This document shows positions 35,386 through 45,067 of a stretch of 64,000 nt of DNA, in pieces. How positions within the stretch are numbered: position 1 is the stretch's first letter; each line of letters begins with the position of its first letter. The notes under the pieces are model-generated. The model was given only the letters and a program-made list of their open reading frames with translations. It ran no database searches and was not told the origin of the DNA. The DNA is from an uncultured Eubacteriales bacterium (lineage in GTDB: Bacteria; Bacillota; Clostridia; Oscillospirales; Oscillospiraceae): the NCBI GenBank assembly GCA_900317375.1, contig ONGJ01000002.1, positions 78,841-142,840 on the forward strand. The letters are read 5' to 3'. A program made the translations under genes and the position numbers.

Positions 35386-35862
35386 GTGTTAAACCACATT
35401 GTTGTCATGGGCCGTCTGACCCGTGACCCCGAGCTTCGCACGACCCAGTCCGGTGTCAATGTTGCGTCTTTTACAGTCGCTGTAGACAGAGACTTTGGAG
35501 GACGCGACGGTGCAGAACGTCAAACCGATTTTTTTGACTGCGCTGCATGGCGTCAGACCGGCGAATTTGTCAGCAAGTATTTCCAGAAGGGACGTATGAT
35601 CGTTGTTTCCGGCCGTATGCAGTCCCGCAAGTATCAGGACCGCGAAGGCAACAACCGCACAGCCTGGGAGATTCAGGTTGACAATGTCTATTTCGGTGAC
35701 AGCAAGCGTGACAGCGATAACGCAGGTTACAGCCAGTCCAGCTACACCGGTCAGTCCAGTTACAGCCGGGGCAGCGATTCGCCCCGCCAGAGCGCGCCTG
35801 TTCCGCCGGTCACTCCCAGCCCGTTTGAGGAACTGGAAGACGACGGCGAGCTGCCGTTCTGA
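35386..35862 (+). CDS. ssb: single-stranded DNA-binding protein
   Basis: 158 aa with a GTG start after AAGGAGG. OB fold (NHIVVMGRLTRDPELR), a Gly/Ser/Tyr-rich linker and the acidic tip DDGELPF. Confidence 0.95.
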   Translation: MLNHIVVMGRLTRDPELRTTQSGVNVASFTVAVDRDFGGRDGAERQTDFFDCAAWRQTGEFVSKYFQKGRMIVVSGRMQSRKYQDREGNNRTAWEIQVDNVYFGDSKRDSDNAGYSQSSYTGQSSYSRGSDSPRQSAPVPPVTPSPFEELEDDGELPF

Positions 35863-35894
35863 TTTGACAAAAATATAAAGGAGGTTCGACTACA

Positions 35895-36137
35895 GTGCCT
35901 TTCGATAAGAGTGCCAATCCGAAAACCCGCCGCCGCAGAAAGGTTTGCCAGTTCTGCGTGGACAAGGCCACATTCATTGATTACAAGGACACCGCGAAGC
36001 TTCGCCGTTTCCTTTCCGAGCGCAGCAAGATTCTTCCCCGCCGTACCACCGGCACCTGCGCCATGCATCAGCGTCAGCTCACCGAGGCCATCAAGCGTGC
36101 CAGACAGGTCGCGCTTCTGCCCTACGTGACCGACTGA
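35895..36137 (+). CDS. rpsR: 30S ribosomal protein bS18
   Basis: 80 aa with a GTG start after [22 protein letters not shown]...[16 protein letters not shown]. Confidence 0.95.
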   Translation: MPFDKSANPKTRRRRKVCQFCVDKATFIDYKDTAKLRRFLSERSKILPRRTTGTCAMHQRQLTEAIKRARQVALLPYVTD

Positions 36138-36150
36138 TCGTCTATTCAGC

Positions 36151-36186
36151 AAAAAACAACCGCCCGCGGGCGGTTGTTTTTTGTTT
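36151..36186. terminator. bidirectional intrinsic terminator (rpsR on + / araD on -)
   Basis: Perfect palindrome AACAACCGCCCG/CGGGCGGTTGTT (36155-36178), flanked by an A tract upstream and TTTTTTGTTT downstream. Confidence 0.85.
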
Positions 36187-36206
36187 ATCCCGGATCAGGA
36201 CGTTCT

Positions 36207-36899
36207 TCAGCCCTGCCCGTAGTAGGCGTTTTTCCCGTGTTTGCGCAGGTAATGCTTATCCAGCAGGGTCTGCTGCATCGGTCCGACGGCGGGATTCAGC
36301 ACAGCGGCATGCCAGTCCATGAAGGCGACCTCCTCCATGACAACGGCATTGTGCACCGCATTCATGGGATCGGTGCCCCAGGCAAAGGGGCCGTGGCTGA
36401 ACACCAGCACGCCGGGAACGGCAGCGGGATCACGGTCGCGGAAGGTCTCGACAATCACGTTTCCGGTTTCCAGTTCGTACTCTCCCCGGATCTCTTTGTC
36501 CGTCATCGGACGCGTGCAGGGAATCTCGCCGTAGAAATAATCAGCCTGGGTCGTGCCCATGGCGATGATCGGGCGGCCGGCCTGTGCAAAGGTAGTCGCC
36601 CAGCGCGAATGGGTATGGACGATGCCGCCGCACTCTGGAAAGGCTTTGTACAGGGCAAGGTGCGTGGCCGTATCGCTGGAGGGCTTCCACTTCCCTTCCA
36701 CGGTTTTCCCGTCCAGATCGAGGACAACCATGTCATCCGGGCACATGCCCTCATAGGGAACCCCAGAAGGCTTGATGACGATCAGGCCGGCTTCCCGGTC
36801 GATGCCCGAAACATTGCCCCAGGTAAACGTAACGAGGTCATACTTCGGCAGAAGCAGGTTTGCTTCACATACAGTCTGTTTGAGAGATTCCAGCATCAC
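36207..36899 (-). CDS. araD: L-ribulose-5-phosphate 4-epimerase
   Basis: 230 aa class II aldolase/adducin fold. [15 protein letters not shown]...AT, and the Y-tail KHYLRKHG. Confidence 0.9.
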   Translation of the reverse strand: MMLESLKQTVCEANLLLPKYDLVTFTWGNVSGIDREAGLIVIKPSGVPYEGMCPDDMVVLDLDGKTVEGKWKPSSDTATHLALYKAFPECGGIVHTHSRWATTFAQAGRPIIAMGTTQADYFYGEIPCTRPMTDKEIRGEYELETGNVIVETFRDRDPAAVPGVLVFSHGPFAWGTDPMNAVHNAVVMEEVAFMDWHAAVLNPAVGPMQQTLLDKHYLRKHGKNAYYGQG

Positions 36900-38449
36900 A
36901 GCACCTCCGGAGCGAGCATTTCAAGCGGCATTGCCTTCCGATAGCGTTCGAGGAAGGCCGAGAAGCCCTCGATGTCCGCAGGGTCGGCCGTCAGGCTGAC
37001 GGATTTGGCATCGGCGAAAACCCGGTTGTCCAAATAATCCTCAAGGCTTTCCCCCTCCGTTTTTTGAAGCATATAGGCAGCAAGCAGCGCCATGCCGTAG
37101 GGGCCTCCCTCGCCAGCCGTCTCCAGAACCGTAACGGGTGCGCCCACCGCCGCCGACAGAAGGCGCTGTCCGACGCCCGGTGTCTTGAAGAAGCCGCCGT
37201 GTCCGGTCAGGCGGTCGATGGCGACATGTTCGGTTCCGGTCAGGATGTCCAGTCCGATCTTCAGCGTTGCCAATGCCGAGAGCAGGTGCGTACGCATGAA
37301 GTTGGCAAGCGTGAAGGAGGCATCCGGTGTGCGGGCAAAAATGGGTCGGCCTTCGTTGAGGCCGGTCACGCCCTCACCGGAGAAATAGTTGAAGCTCATC
37401 AGCCCGCCGCAGTCCGGATCACCCTCCAGTGCCTTGTTGAACAGGCGCGTAAAGAGTTCGCCCCGATCGACATCCGCACCGATCAGACCGGCAAATTCCT
37501 GCAGGAGAGAAACCCAGGCGTTGATATCACTGGTGCAGTTGTTGCAGTGGACCATGGCAACCGGATCGCCGTCAGGGGTCGTCACCATGTCGATCTCACG
37601 GTGAACAGCCAGCGGATGCTCGGTCACAATCATGGCGAAGTCCGAGGTGCCAGCCGAAACGTTGCCCGTGCGCGGACGCACGGCATTCGTCGCAACCATG
37701 CCCGTGCCGGCATCTCCCTCGCAGGGCGCAACCGGAATTCCGGGAAGAAGCGTCCCCGTCGGGTCAAGGAAGCGGGCGCCCGCCTCGGTCAGCGTGCCGC
37801 CGGAAGCCCCTGCGGGCAGTACACGCGGCAGGATCGAACGGAGGTCAATGCCGGTCTGTTCCCGGAACTTGTCGATCATACCCTGATCGTAGTCCAGAGC
37901 CGTGCTGTCGATCGGGAACATGCCGGAGGCCTCGCCGATGCCCATGACCTTCTCACCGGTCAGCTTCCAGTGGATATAACCGGCAAGCGTTGTAAGAAAC
38001 GCGACGGCAGGGACGTGGGCTTCTCTATTCAGGATGGCCTGATAATAATGCGCGATGCTCCAGCGCTGAGGAATATTGAAGCCAAACAGCTTGGTCAGCT
38101 TTTCAGCCGCTTCGCCGGTGATCGTGTTGCGCCAGGTACGGAAGCTGACCAGCTGTCTGTCGTCCTGATCGAAGGGCAGGTAGCCGTGCATCATGGCCGA
38201 AACGCCCAGAGCGCCGACGGTAGTCAGCGGGACACCGAATTTTTCCCGGACACTCATGGCCAGATCTGCAAAGCAGGCCTGCAGGCCCTCCTGTACGAGG
38301 GACATGGGATAGGTCCAGATGCCGCCGTCATACTGATTCTCCCATTCAAAGGAGCCGGATGCAACGGGGACATGGTTTTCGTCAATCAGGACGGCCTTGA
38401 TGCGGGTCGAGCCGAGCTCGATGCCGAGTGCGGTATTCGATAGATTCAT
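36896..38449 (-). CDS. FGGY family carbohydrate kinase, probable ribulokinase (non-AraB type)
   Basis: 517 aa. N-terminal [15 protein letters not shown] phosphate-binding motif and FGGY N and C domains. Translationally coupled (ATGA overlaps) to the permease upstream and araD downstream. Confidence 0.8.
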   Translation of the reverse strand: MNLSNTALGIELGSTRIKAVLIDENHVPVASGSFEWENQYDGGIWTYPMSLVQEGLQACFADLAMSVREKFGVPLTTVGALGVSAMMHGYLPFDQDDRQLVSFRTWRNTITGEAAEKLTKLFGFNIPQRWSIAHYYQAILNREAHVPAVAFLTTLAGYIHWKLTGEKVMGIGEASGMFPIDSTALDYDQGMIDKFREQTGIDLRSILPRVLPAGASGGTLTEAGARFLDPTGTLLPGIPVAPCEGDAGTGMVATNAVRPRTGNVSAGTSDFAMIVTEHPLAVHREIDMVTTPDGDPVAMVHCNNCTSDINAWVSLLQEFAGLIGADVDRGELFTRLFNKALEGDPDCGGLMSFNYFSGEGVTGLNEGRPIFARTPDASFTLANFMRTHLLSALATLKIGLDILTGTEHVAIDRLTGHGGFFKTPGVGQRLLSAAVGAPVTVLETAGEGGPYGMALLAAYMLQKTEGESLEDYLDNRVFADAKSVSLTADPADIEGFSAFLERYRKAMPLEMLAPEVL

Positions 38450-39543
38450 TTATCTTCCTCCGATTTGCGGCGCCGTTTGTTCTTGCCCATCAGGACAACA
38501 CTTTGAAGGACAATGAAGAAAGCAAGCATGGCACCGGTAGTGATGCTCTGCCACCAGGGATCGCGCAGCCCCGAGGTGGTCACAATCGCCTTGATGGTAC
38601 TGAGTGTCAAAACGCCGAAAAAGGTTCCGATCACATTTCCGACACCGCCGGTCAGCAGGGTGCCGCCGATGATGGAAGAGGCAATCGCGTTCATTTCCGC
38701 CGCAGTCGCATTGGTTGCGTTGCCGGCACCGGTGTGCATCATGAAGACAAAACCGGCGATACCGCTCAGCAGGCCGCAGATCAGGTGGGCCATAAAGCGC
38801 GTTTTCCGCACATTGACGCCAAGCATCAGCGCGCTCTGACGGTTGCCGCCGACCGCATAAAAGCTGCGGCCGAGACGGTGTTTCCGCAGGAGCAGGAAGA
38901 CCAGCACCACGATCACAAGTGCAATGACAACGCCGATCTCCATCTTCGCCGGAATCAGAACGCCTTTTTTGTTCACAGAACCAAGCCATTCGATCTCAAT
39001 GCGTTTCTGGAGAATATCCATCAGATCCTGGGGAGCCTTCTGCGGGTCGACGCTGAGAATGGTGATCATGCCGCGGGCAAAGAACATCCCCGCCAGAGTA
39101 ATGATAAAGGGCTGAATCTCCAGATGCGCAATCAGGAAGCCCTGTACCGCGCCGAAGGCCAGGCCGATCAGAACAGACACAACAACCGCAAACACAATTC
39201 GTCCGGCCGCTGCAAGGTGCATCGATGCGATCAGGCCTTCAAACAGCGTGCCGTTGAGAATCATGACGCCGACCATGGCGACAAGTGCCGTTACGCCGCC
39301 GACGGAAATATCGATGCTGCCGGTGATCATGACAATCGTCAGTCCGCAGGAGATAATGATCAGGAATGCATTGTCGTTGAGCATGTCGAAGAGCATCTGC
39401 GGTTTCTTGAAACCGCCGCCCCAGATCAGAATAGCCGCCACATACATGACAAAGAAAATGCAGATCGTAATGGTCAGAAGGAGCTGGGTATCGGTCATGG
39501 GTTCTCTGCGCCGGGCAGGAAGCTGATTATTCTTGGAATTCAT
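38446..39543 (-). CDS. sugar ABC transporter permease (YjfF/RbsC-like, BPD_transp_2)
   Basis: 365 aa polytopic protein. Motif pattern GSIDISVGG...IGG typical of ribose-type permeases. ATGA overlap with the preceding permease. Confidence 0.88.
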   Translation of the reverse strand: MNSKNNQLPARRREPMTDTQLLLTITICIFFVMYVAAILIWGGGFKKPQMLFDMLNDNAFLIIISCGLTIVMITGSIDISVGGVTALVAMVGVMILNGTLFEGLIASMHLAAAGRIVFAVVVSVLIGLAFGAVQGFLIAHLEIQPFIITLAGMFFARGMITILSVDPQKAPQDLMDILQKRIEIEWLGSVNKKGVLIPAKMEIGVVIALVIVVLVFLLLRKHRLGRSFYAVGGNRQSALMLGVNVRKTRFMAHLICGLLSGIAGFVFMMHTGAGNATNATAAEMNAIASSIIGGTLLTGGVGNVIGTFFGVLTLSTIKAIVTTSGLRDPWWQSITTGAMLAFFIVLQSVVLMGKNKRRRKSEEDK

Positions 39544-40613
39544 GCGCTCTGCCTCCTTTCAGCGGAGCCGCCGGTCCGGATCTTCTTCATGAGCTGATCC
39601 ACCTTGGCCTTCACGACCGGGGACCCGATCACGACGAGAATAATGATGACAATGGCCTTATAAGCCTTCACATCGGTGGAGGGTACCTTCATCGCGTACA
39701 GAGTAATGGTCAGAGCCTGGATTGCGTATGCACCGAGCACCGAGCCGATCATCTTAAACTTGCCGCCGCCCAGGTTGTTGCCGCCGATGGCGACCGCAAG
39801 AATGGCGTCCATCTCGATGTTAATCAGCAGTGTCTCATGGTTGATGAGCCCCAGACGGCTCACGCCGATCACTCCGGAGACTGCACAGCAGATCCCCAGC
39901 AGGATGAAAGTCAGCAGCTTGATGCCGACGGGGTTGATGCCGTTGAGCCTTGCCGCGCTCTGGTTGATACCAACCGTCTGGATGTACATGCCCAGAGCCG
40001 TAAAGCGGAACAGCAGCGCGAACAGAATGCCCATTGCCGCCACGATCAGGATCGGTGTCGGAATGGCAATCCCGGGGATAAAGCTGCCAATGGCGTTGAT
40101 GGTGGCATTCTCAATGGTCGGTGTCGCGCCGCCGTTGATCCAGTAGGCGATGCTGCGGCCGGAAGTAAAGAGAATCAGCGTCGCAATCATCGGCTGAATG
40201 CCGAAAACAGAAACCAGGGTTCCGTTAAAAGCACCGAAAACCATAGCGACGGCACAGCAGGCCAGAAATGCGGCGATGATGAGGCCCGGCGTTACGGTGC
40301 CGCTCTTCAGGACCTTCACAAACATACTGCCTGCGATCGCCGCCAGCGCACCGACGGAGATATCCTGCCCGCCCGATGCGGCAGTCACCAGTGTCATGCC
40401 CATGGAGAGAATGACCAGCTCAGACGCTCCGTTCAGGATCGAAATCAGGTTGCCCTGCAGCACCGGATCACCCCTGTTGTTTGAGGCGATGCTGACTGAG
40501 AAGAAGCTGGGATCTCGAAACAGGTTGAAAATCACCAGCAGGGCGATGGCAATCAGCGGAATCAGAAGCTGTGAGTTGTTGGCGAAAAACGTGCTTTTTT
40601 TCTTTCCTGCCAT
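39540..40613 (-). CDS. sugar ABC transporter permease (YtfT/RbsC-like)
   Basis: ORF 39540..40634 trimmed to MAGKKKS, preceded by GGGAGGAGG. Polytopic, with GGQDISVGA. Confidence 0.85.
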   Translation of the reverse strand: MAGKKKSTFFANNSQLLIPLIAIALLVIFNLFRDPSFFSVSIASNNRGDPVLQGNLISILNGASELVILSMGMTLVTAASGGQDISVGALAAIAGSMFVKVLKSGTVTPGLIIAAFLACCAVAMVFGAFNGTLVSVFGIQPMIATLILFTSGRSIAYWINGGATPTIENATINAIGSFIPGIAIPTPILIVAAMGILFALLFRFTALGMYIQTVGINQSAARLNGINPVGIKLLTFILLGICCAVSGVIGVSRLGLINHETLLINIEMDAILAVAIGGNNLGGGKFKMIGSVLGAYAIQALTITLYAMKVPSTDVKAYKAIVIIILVVIGSPVVKAKVDQLMKKIRTGGSAERRQSA

Positions 40614-40614
40614 T

Positions 40615-42117
40615 TCAGTTCCCTCCTCCCGCAATGGTGTGCATGACCCTATCCTGGGTCAGATCAGCGCCGGTCAGTTCGCCGACAATGTTTCGATCGC
40701 GCATAACGATCAGGCGCGAGCAGGTACGAAGCATCTCTTCAATCTCGGAGGAGATAAAGGTGATGCTCATCCCCTCTTCAGCAAGCTTCAGCACCAGTTT
40801 CTGAATCTCGGTCTTGGTACCGACGTCGATGCCGCGGGTAGGCTCATCCAAAATCAGATACTGGGGATGGGTCAGCAGCCAGCGGGCCAGAATCACCTTC
40901 TGCTGATTGCCGCCGGAGAGCGAGCCGATAGGCGTGTCAGAGGAAGCGGTCTTGATATCCAGCGCCTTGATGTATTCATCTGCAAAAGCCTCGGCTTTGG
41001 CGCGGGAGATGGGGTGTGTCACGCCGCTTACCACCTGCAGTGCCAGAATAATATTGTCACGGACGGAAAGCTCGGCAACAATCCCGTCGCGCTTGCGGTC
41101 CTCCGGCAGATAGCCGATGCCGTTTTTCATGGCGTCAAGAGGCTTTGTGATTTTCACGCTCTTTCCGCTCATCTTCACGCTTCCGCCGGTGACCGGGTCA
41201 GCACCGAAGATGGCGCGCACACTCTCAGAACGTCCTGATCCCAGCAGGCCGGTAAAACCGTTCACCTCGCCTTTGGCGATATGGAAGTCAAACGGCCGGC
41301 TTTCGGAGCTTGACAGGTTTTTCACTTCGTAAAGCGGTTCAGCCGCGGTATCAGCGGTAGCATGTTTTTCAATATGCTCCAGATCGGCAAGATCCTTGCC
41401 GATCATTTTTTCCACCAGCTTCACCTGAGGCAGGTCTTTGATCGCATACTCACCCACAAGCTCGCCGTTGCGCAGGACGGTGATCGTATCACTGACCTCG
41501 TAAACCTGTTCCAGGAAGTGGGTAACAAAGATAATCCCTACACCGCGGTCCCGGAGGTCCCGCATCAAGCGGAACAGCATCGCAACTTCCTTGTCATCCA
41601 GAGAGGAAGTCGGCTCGTCCAGAATCAGCACTTTGCATTCGGTATCGACGGCACGGGCAATCGCAACCATCTGCTGTACGGCCAGTGAGCAGCTTCCCAA
41701 CTGCTGCTTCGGCCGGGCGGGAATGCCCAGGCTTTCCAGCAGTTCACCTGCCCGCTTCTCCATTGCCTTCCAGTCTACGCTCTTTTTCTCGCCGCGTCCG
41801 ATAAACATGTTTTCCGCTACGGTAAGATTCGGGCAGAGCGTAATCTCCTGATAGACGGTGCTGATACCGTAGCTCTGCGCCTCCTGAGGGGAGCGGATGG
41901 TAACGGGGCCCTCGATTCCGTCAATCCGGATCTCGCCTTCATCCATGAGGTAAACGCCGGTCAGCACTTTGATCAGCGTGGATTTTCCTGCGCCGTTTTC
42001 TCCCATCAGCGCGTGAATCGTTCCCTTGCGCAGCGTAAAATCCACGTCATTCAGGGCCCTGACGCCCGGAAAATACTTGCAGATCCTGCGCATGGTCAAA
42101 ACAATATCGTCTTGCAT
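40615..42117 (-). CDS. sugar ABC transporter ATP-binding protein (duplicated NBD, YtfR/RbsA-like)
   Basis: 500 aa. Two NBDs: Walker A GENGAGKST, signatures LSLAVQQ/LSGGNQQK, Walker B LILDEPT twice. Confidence 0.93.
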   Translation of the reverse strand: MQDDIVLTMRRICKYFPGVRALNDVDFTLRKGTIHALMGENGAGKSTLIKVLTGVYLMDEGEIRIDGIEGPVTIRSPQEAQSYGISTVYQEITLCPNLTVAENMFIGRGEKKSVDWKAMEKRAGELLESLGIPARPKQQLGSCSLAVQQMVAIARAVDTECKVLILDEPTSSLDDKEVAMLFRLMRDLRDRGVGIIFVTHFLEQVYEVSDTITVLRNGELVGEYAIKDLPQVKLVEKMIGKDLADLEHIEKHATADTAAEPLYEVKNLSSSESRPFDFHIAKGEVNGFTGLLGSGRSESVRAIFGADPVTGGSVKMSGKSVKITKPLDAMKNGIGYLPEDRKRDGIVAELSVRDNIILALQVVSGVTHPISRAKAEAFADEYIKALDIKTASSDTPIGSLSGGNQQKVILARWLLTHPQYLILDEPTRGIDVGTKTEIQKLVLKLAEEGMSITFISSEIEEMLRTCSRLIVMRDRNIVGELTGADLTQDRVMHTIAGGGN

Positions 42118-42154
42118 CCGCTCAACTCCTGTCTACTGTTTTTATAGAAAGAAA

Positions 42155-42199
42155 GCGCGGTGCAGGCCGCGGATTACTCCACTGGATCCCACACCGCGC
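42155..42199 (-). terminator. possible intra-operon attenuator/partial terminator after the binding-protein gene
   Basis: GCGCGGTG (42155-62) pairs with CACCGCGC (42192-99), followed on the minus strand by TTTCTTTCT. A common arrangement for over-expressing the SBP relative to the membrane components. Confidence 0.35.
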
Positions 42200-42240
42200 G
42201 GTTCGTTCCTTTGTGGTATGTTACTCTTTCTTAAGAAGGA

Positions 42241-43215
42241 TTACTCGCCAAGGCCATAGGTCGCGATGTCGGCACGGCAGATGTGCATGGCGTCAAAGCC
42301 CTGCTCCTGGGAGATGATCTGATGCAGCTCATTCAGGCCGTCAATATCGCCGCCCATCTCGAGGGTCTGGATCATCGTATCGATGACAGCCGCCTGGAAG
42401 GGGCTGCACTGGCCGTCGTAGTTCCAGTTGCCGGCAAACAGCTCGCGCAGGGCCCACTTGTTGCAGTCGAAGCCCATCACGACAACATCGCCGTCAATAC
42501 CGTGGGTGATGCCGGCCTCGTCCAGCGCCGCAACAGCGCCCTTGGCCATGCCGTCGTTCTCGGCATAGATAACGTTGAACTTCTCGCCGGAGTTGATGAC
42601 GGACTCGACAATCTTCTTTGCCTCAGCCTCGTCCCAGGTAGCGGTCTGCTGGACAACCTTCTTCATGGTGCCGGCTTCAAACTGCTCATCAAGAGCGCCG
42701 GTACGGCCGATCTGAGCATCGCTGCCCATGGCGCCCTGGATGTGGACCACGTTGTACTCGGGCAGCTCCTGAGCGAGCAGCCAATCAACAGCGGTATCGC
42801 CTTCCTGAGCCATGTCGGAGACAACAGCAGCCTCATACAGGAACGGATCAACGTCGATCATACGGTCGAAGAGGAACACGCCGATGCCCTGGTCTGCGGC
42901 ATCCGCCAGGACCTTGTCCCAGCCGGTGGTCTCAGCGGCGGAGATCAGCAGGTAATCCACACCGTCGGTGATGAACTGCTGGGCGGCACTGAGCTGCTCG
43001 TCGTTCTTGATGCTGTAGAAGAACTGGGCGTCATAGCCGTTCTCTTTGGTGAACACATTCTGGAAGTCGTTGACGTTTGCTTCACGATAGCCGGACTCTG
43101 ACGGGGGGTTGTTCACAATGCCGACCTTGATCAGGTCATCGGCGTAGGCGGAGCTGGCACCGAACAGAGCAAACACGAGCGCCAGTGCGAGGATCAGGGT
43201 AAGTGTCTTACGCAT
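42241..43215 (-). CDS. sugar ABC transporter substrate-binding protein (YtfQ/RbsB-like, Peripla_BP_4)
   Basis: ORF 42241..43326 trimmed to MRKTLTLILALALVFALFGASSAYA (signal peptide). Type I periplasmic-binding fold. Confidence 0.88.
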   Translation of the reverse strand: MRKTLTLILALALVFALFGASSAYADDLIKVGIVNNPPSESGYREANVNDFQNVFTKENGYDAQFFYSIKNDEQLSAAQQFITDGVDYLLISAAETTGWDKVLADAADQGIGVFLFDRMIDVDPFLYEAAVVSDMAQEGDTAVDWLLAQELPEYNVVHIQGAMGSDAQIGRTGALDEQFEAGTMKKVVQQTATWDEAEAKKIVESVINSGEKFNVIYAENDGMAKGAVAALDEAGITHGIDGDVVVMGFDCNKWALRELFAGNWNYDGQCSPFQAAVIDTMIQTLEMGGDIDGLNELHQIISQEQGFDAMHICRADIATYGLGE

Positions 43216-43248
43216 AGCTTTGTACCTCTTTCTTTCTTCATTTTTTCT

Positions 43249-43352
43249 ATTTGTCCGTACTGCTTCCGGACTTTTCGAATTTATGATACTTCCTTTTGAG
43301 CAAAAAATCAACAGTTGTCCGCACAAAAAACCATTTTTGTCTGCATGTACAA
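43249..43352. promoter_or_regulatory. candidate AraR operator half-sites/palindromes in the divergent control region
   Basis: ATTTGTCCGTAC (43249-60), TTGTCCGCACAA (43315-26, palindromic arms TTGT/ACAA) and TTGTCTGCATGTACAA (43337-52) all resemble the TTGTACGTACAA-type AraR box. Confidence 0.3.
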
Positions 43353-43629
43353 CACAAATTTTTCAAGTCCGAAAGGTGTTGTCATACAAATTTAATGTTT
43401 TTCGATATTTTCTGCAATTTCTATCAAAATTTTGAACTTTTTAATCCCCCTAAACGCATTGTCCATTTCCGTCGATTTGCACAATTTTTCTTGTTTTGTC
43501 ATGGTGCAGGCCGAAATATGTATTTTTTTGCGGCATATTTGTATTGAAACCTATTGAGAATTTGTTTATACTGCTGTCAGGCAGGGTTGTTCACCGTTCC
43601 GGGAATGAAATGATATCAGGAGTCTGCTT

Positions 43630-44694
43630 ATGAATCCAAAATATCAGACAGTTGCAGAGGCGTTGAGAGCCGGTATTCAGGATGGCAGATATCAGAAAAC
43701 GCTTCCGACCGAGCAGTCCCTCTGTACACAGTTTCAGGTCAGCCGGCAGACCGTGCGGCAGGCGCTCTCTCTGCTGGAAGCGGAACACCTGATCGATCGC
43801 CGGCAGGGAAGCGGTTCTCATATCCGCGAACGCAGGGAAGCCTCTCCCAGTCAGCGGCTTTCGATCGCAGTTGTCACGACCTATATCAGCGACTATATTT
43901 TCCCCAGTATTCTCCGCGAGATTGAATCGGTCTGTTCCGAAAACAACAGCGCTCCCCTTCTGTTCGCGACCCAGAATCAGTTCTCCAACGAACGGCGGAT
44001 TCTCAAAACGCTGCTCGATATGGACCATCTGGACGGCGTTCTTCTGGAAGGGACGAAAACCGGTCTGCCCAACCCGAACATTCCGCTCTATCATCAGCTT
44101 ATGGAAAAGGGCATCCCGCTCGTGTTCATGCACGGTAATTATGAACAGCTTCCGCACACGCTGTCTGTATTGGATGACAACTATGCCGGGGGACGCATGC
44201 TGACGGAGTATCTGTACAGAAAGGGCCACCGAAAGATTTCCGGTATCTTCAAATATGACGACCTGCAGGGCCGGCAGCGTTTTTCCGGCTATATGGATGC
44301 GCTGCAGAGCTTTGATCTCCCCGTTGAGGACAAAAACATTCTCTGGTACAGCACCGACCAGAAGGAACGCTTCCTGCGCGGCGGTAATGAAGACACGCGC
44401 GCTGCGGAGCTTCTCGCCGGCTGCAGCGCCGTCATCTGCTACAACGATGAGATTGCCGCCATGGTTGTCTCGTATCTGAACAGAACTGGCATGGCCATTC
44501 CCGGAGATGTCGCCGTGGTCAGTTTTGACAACAGCCCTTACAGTGAAATGTCCAGCCCGCGAATCACTTCCCTCTCGCACATGCAGTACAACGTCGGCCG
44601 TGAAGCTGCCGAGCTGCTTTTCTGTCATCTGCGCGGTGAGGCCTGCGAGTCCAGACTGGTTCCGTGGATGCTGGTGGAGAAGGAAAGCAGCTGA
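43630..44694 (+). CDS. araR: AraR-type transcriptional repressor (GntR HTH N-terminus + LacI/GalR-like sugar-binding C-terminus)
   Basis: 354 aa. GntR wHTH (LPTEQSLCTQFQVSRQTVRQALSLLEAEHLIDRRQGSGSHI) fused to a periplasmic-binding-like domain (ISGIF...VICYNDEIA). Divergent from the ara operon. Confidence 0.82.
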   Translation: MNPKYQTVAEALRAGIQDGRYQKTLPTEQSLCTQFQVSRQTVRQALSLLEAEHLIDRRQGSGSHIRERREASPSQRLSIAVVTTYISDYIFPSILREIESVCSENNSAPLLFATQNQFSNERRILKTLLDMDHLDGVLLEGTKTGLPNPNIPLYHQLMEKGIPLVFMHGNYEQLPHTLSVLDDNYAGGRMLTEYLYRKGHRKISGIFKYDDLQGRQRFSGYMDALQSFDLPVEDKNILWYSTDQKERFLRGGNEDTRAAELLAGCSAVICYNDEIAAMVVSYLNRTGMAIPGDVAVVSFDNSPYSEMSSPRITSLSHMQYNVGREAAELLFCHLRGEACESRLVPWMLVEKESS

Positions 44695-44733
44695 GGCAAG
44701 TTGAATCTCTGCCGAAAAGCAATTATAAAAAGC

Positions 44734-44790
44734 AAAACCCGGAGAACCCATTTGGGCGCTCCGGGTTTTGGCACGCGATAAGGGATTCGA
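44734..44790 (-). repeat. 57-nt duplicate of the tRNA-Arg terminator plus the last 22 nt of tRNA-Arg (tRNA 3' fragment at 44769-44790)
   Basis: Matches 44878-44934 at 54 of 57 positions. Two of the three differences are compensatory within the hairpin stem (C/G versus T/A). The hairpin with its TTTT tract also sits where an araR terminator is expected. Confidence 0.85.
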
Positions 44791-44867
44791 CCTGCTCTGT
44801 GGAGCAGGCCGAATCGGGTTGCAAGGCGCCCCCGGCGCCTTGCCAAGTGCCCTCGGGTTCGAATCCC

Positions 44868-44912
44868 CGAGAAAATCAAAATCCGGAGTACCCATTTGGG
44901 CGCTCCGGATTT
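44868..44912 (-). terminator. tRNA-Arg intrinsic terminator
   Basis: Minus strand AAAATCCGGAG-CG-CCCA-AA-TGGG-TA-CTCCGGATTTT followed by GATTTTC. Confidence 0.65.
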
Positions 44913-44989
44913 TGGCACGCGATAAGGGATTCGAACCCCTGACCTTCTGGTCCGTAGCCAGACGCTCTATCCAGCTGAGCTAATCGCGC
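44913..44989 (-). tRNA. tRNA-Arg (anticodon ACG)
   Basis: 77 nt. GCGCGAT-TA-GCTC-AGCTGGATA-GAGC-G-TCTGG-CTACGGA-CCAGA-AGGTC-AGGGG-TTCGAAT-CCCTT-ATCGCGT-G-CCA. Full cloverleaf with a G1-U72 wobble and encoded CCA. Confidence 0.93.
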
Positions 44990-45005
44990 ATCTGCAAGCC
45001 TATGA

Positions 45006-45034
45006 ATAATAGCACAGGCGCAGAAAAAAAGCAA
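45006..45034 (-). promoter_or_regulatory. putative promoter of tRNA-Arg
   Basis: Minus strand TTGCTT (45034-29), 17 nt spacer, TGc-TATTAT (45011-06), 16 nt upstream of tRNA position 1. Confidence 0.5.
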
Positions 45035-45067
45035 GTACTTTTTTCAGTTTCCCGTTCGTTCTTTTTT

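Noticed and set aside
44791-44877. A second complete tRNA (or tRNA-Sec/tmRNA-like gene) in the spacer between the repeats
   Set aside because: Only a T-arm-like element is present, and it needs an 8-nt loop to pair. There is no matching acceptor stem, D arm or anticodon arm on either strand. It is reported only as tRNA-like debris.
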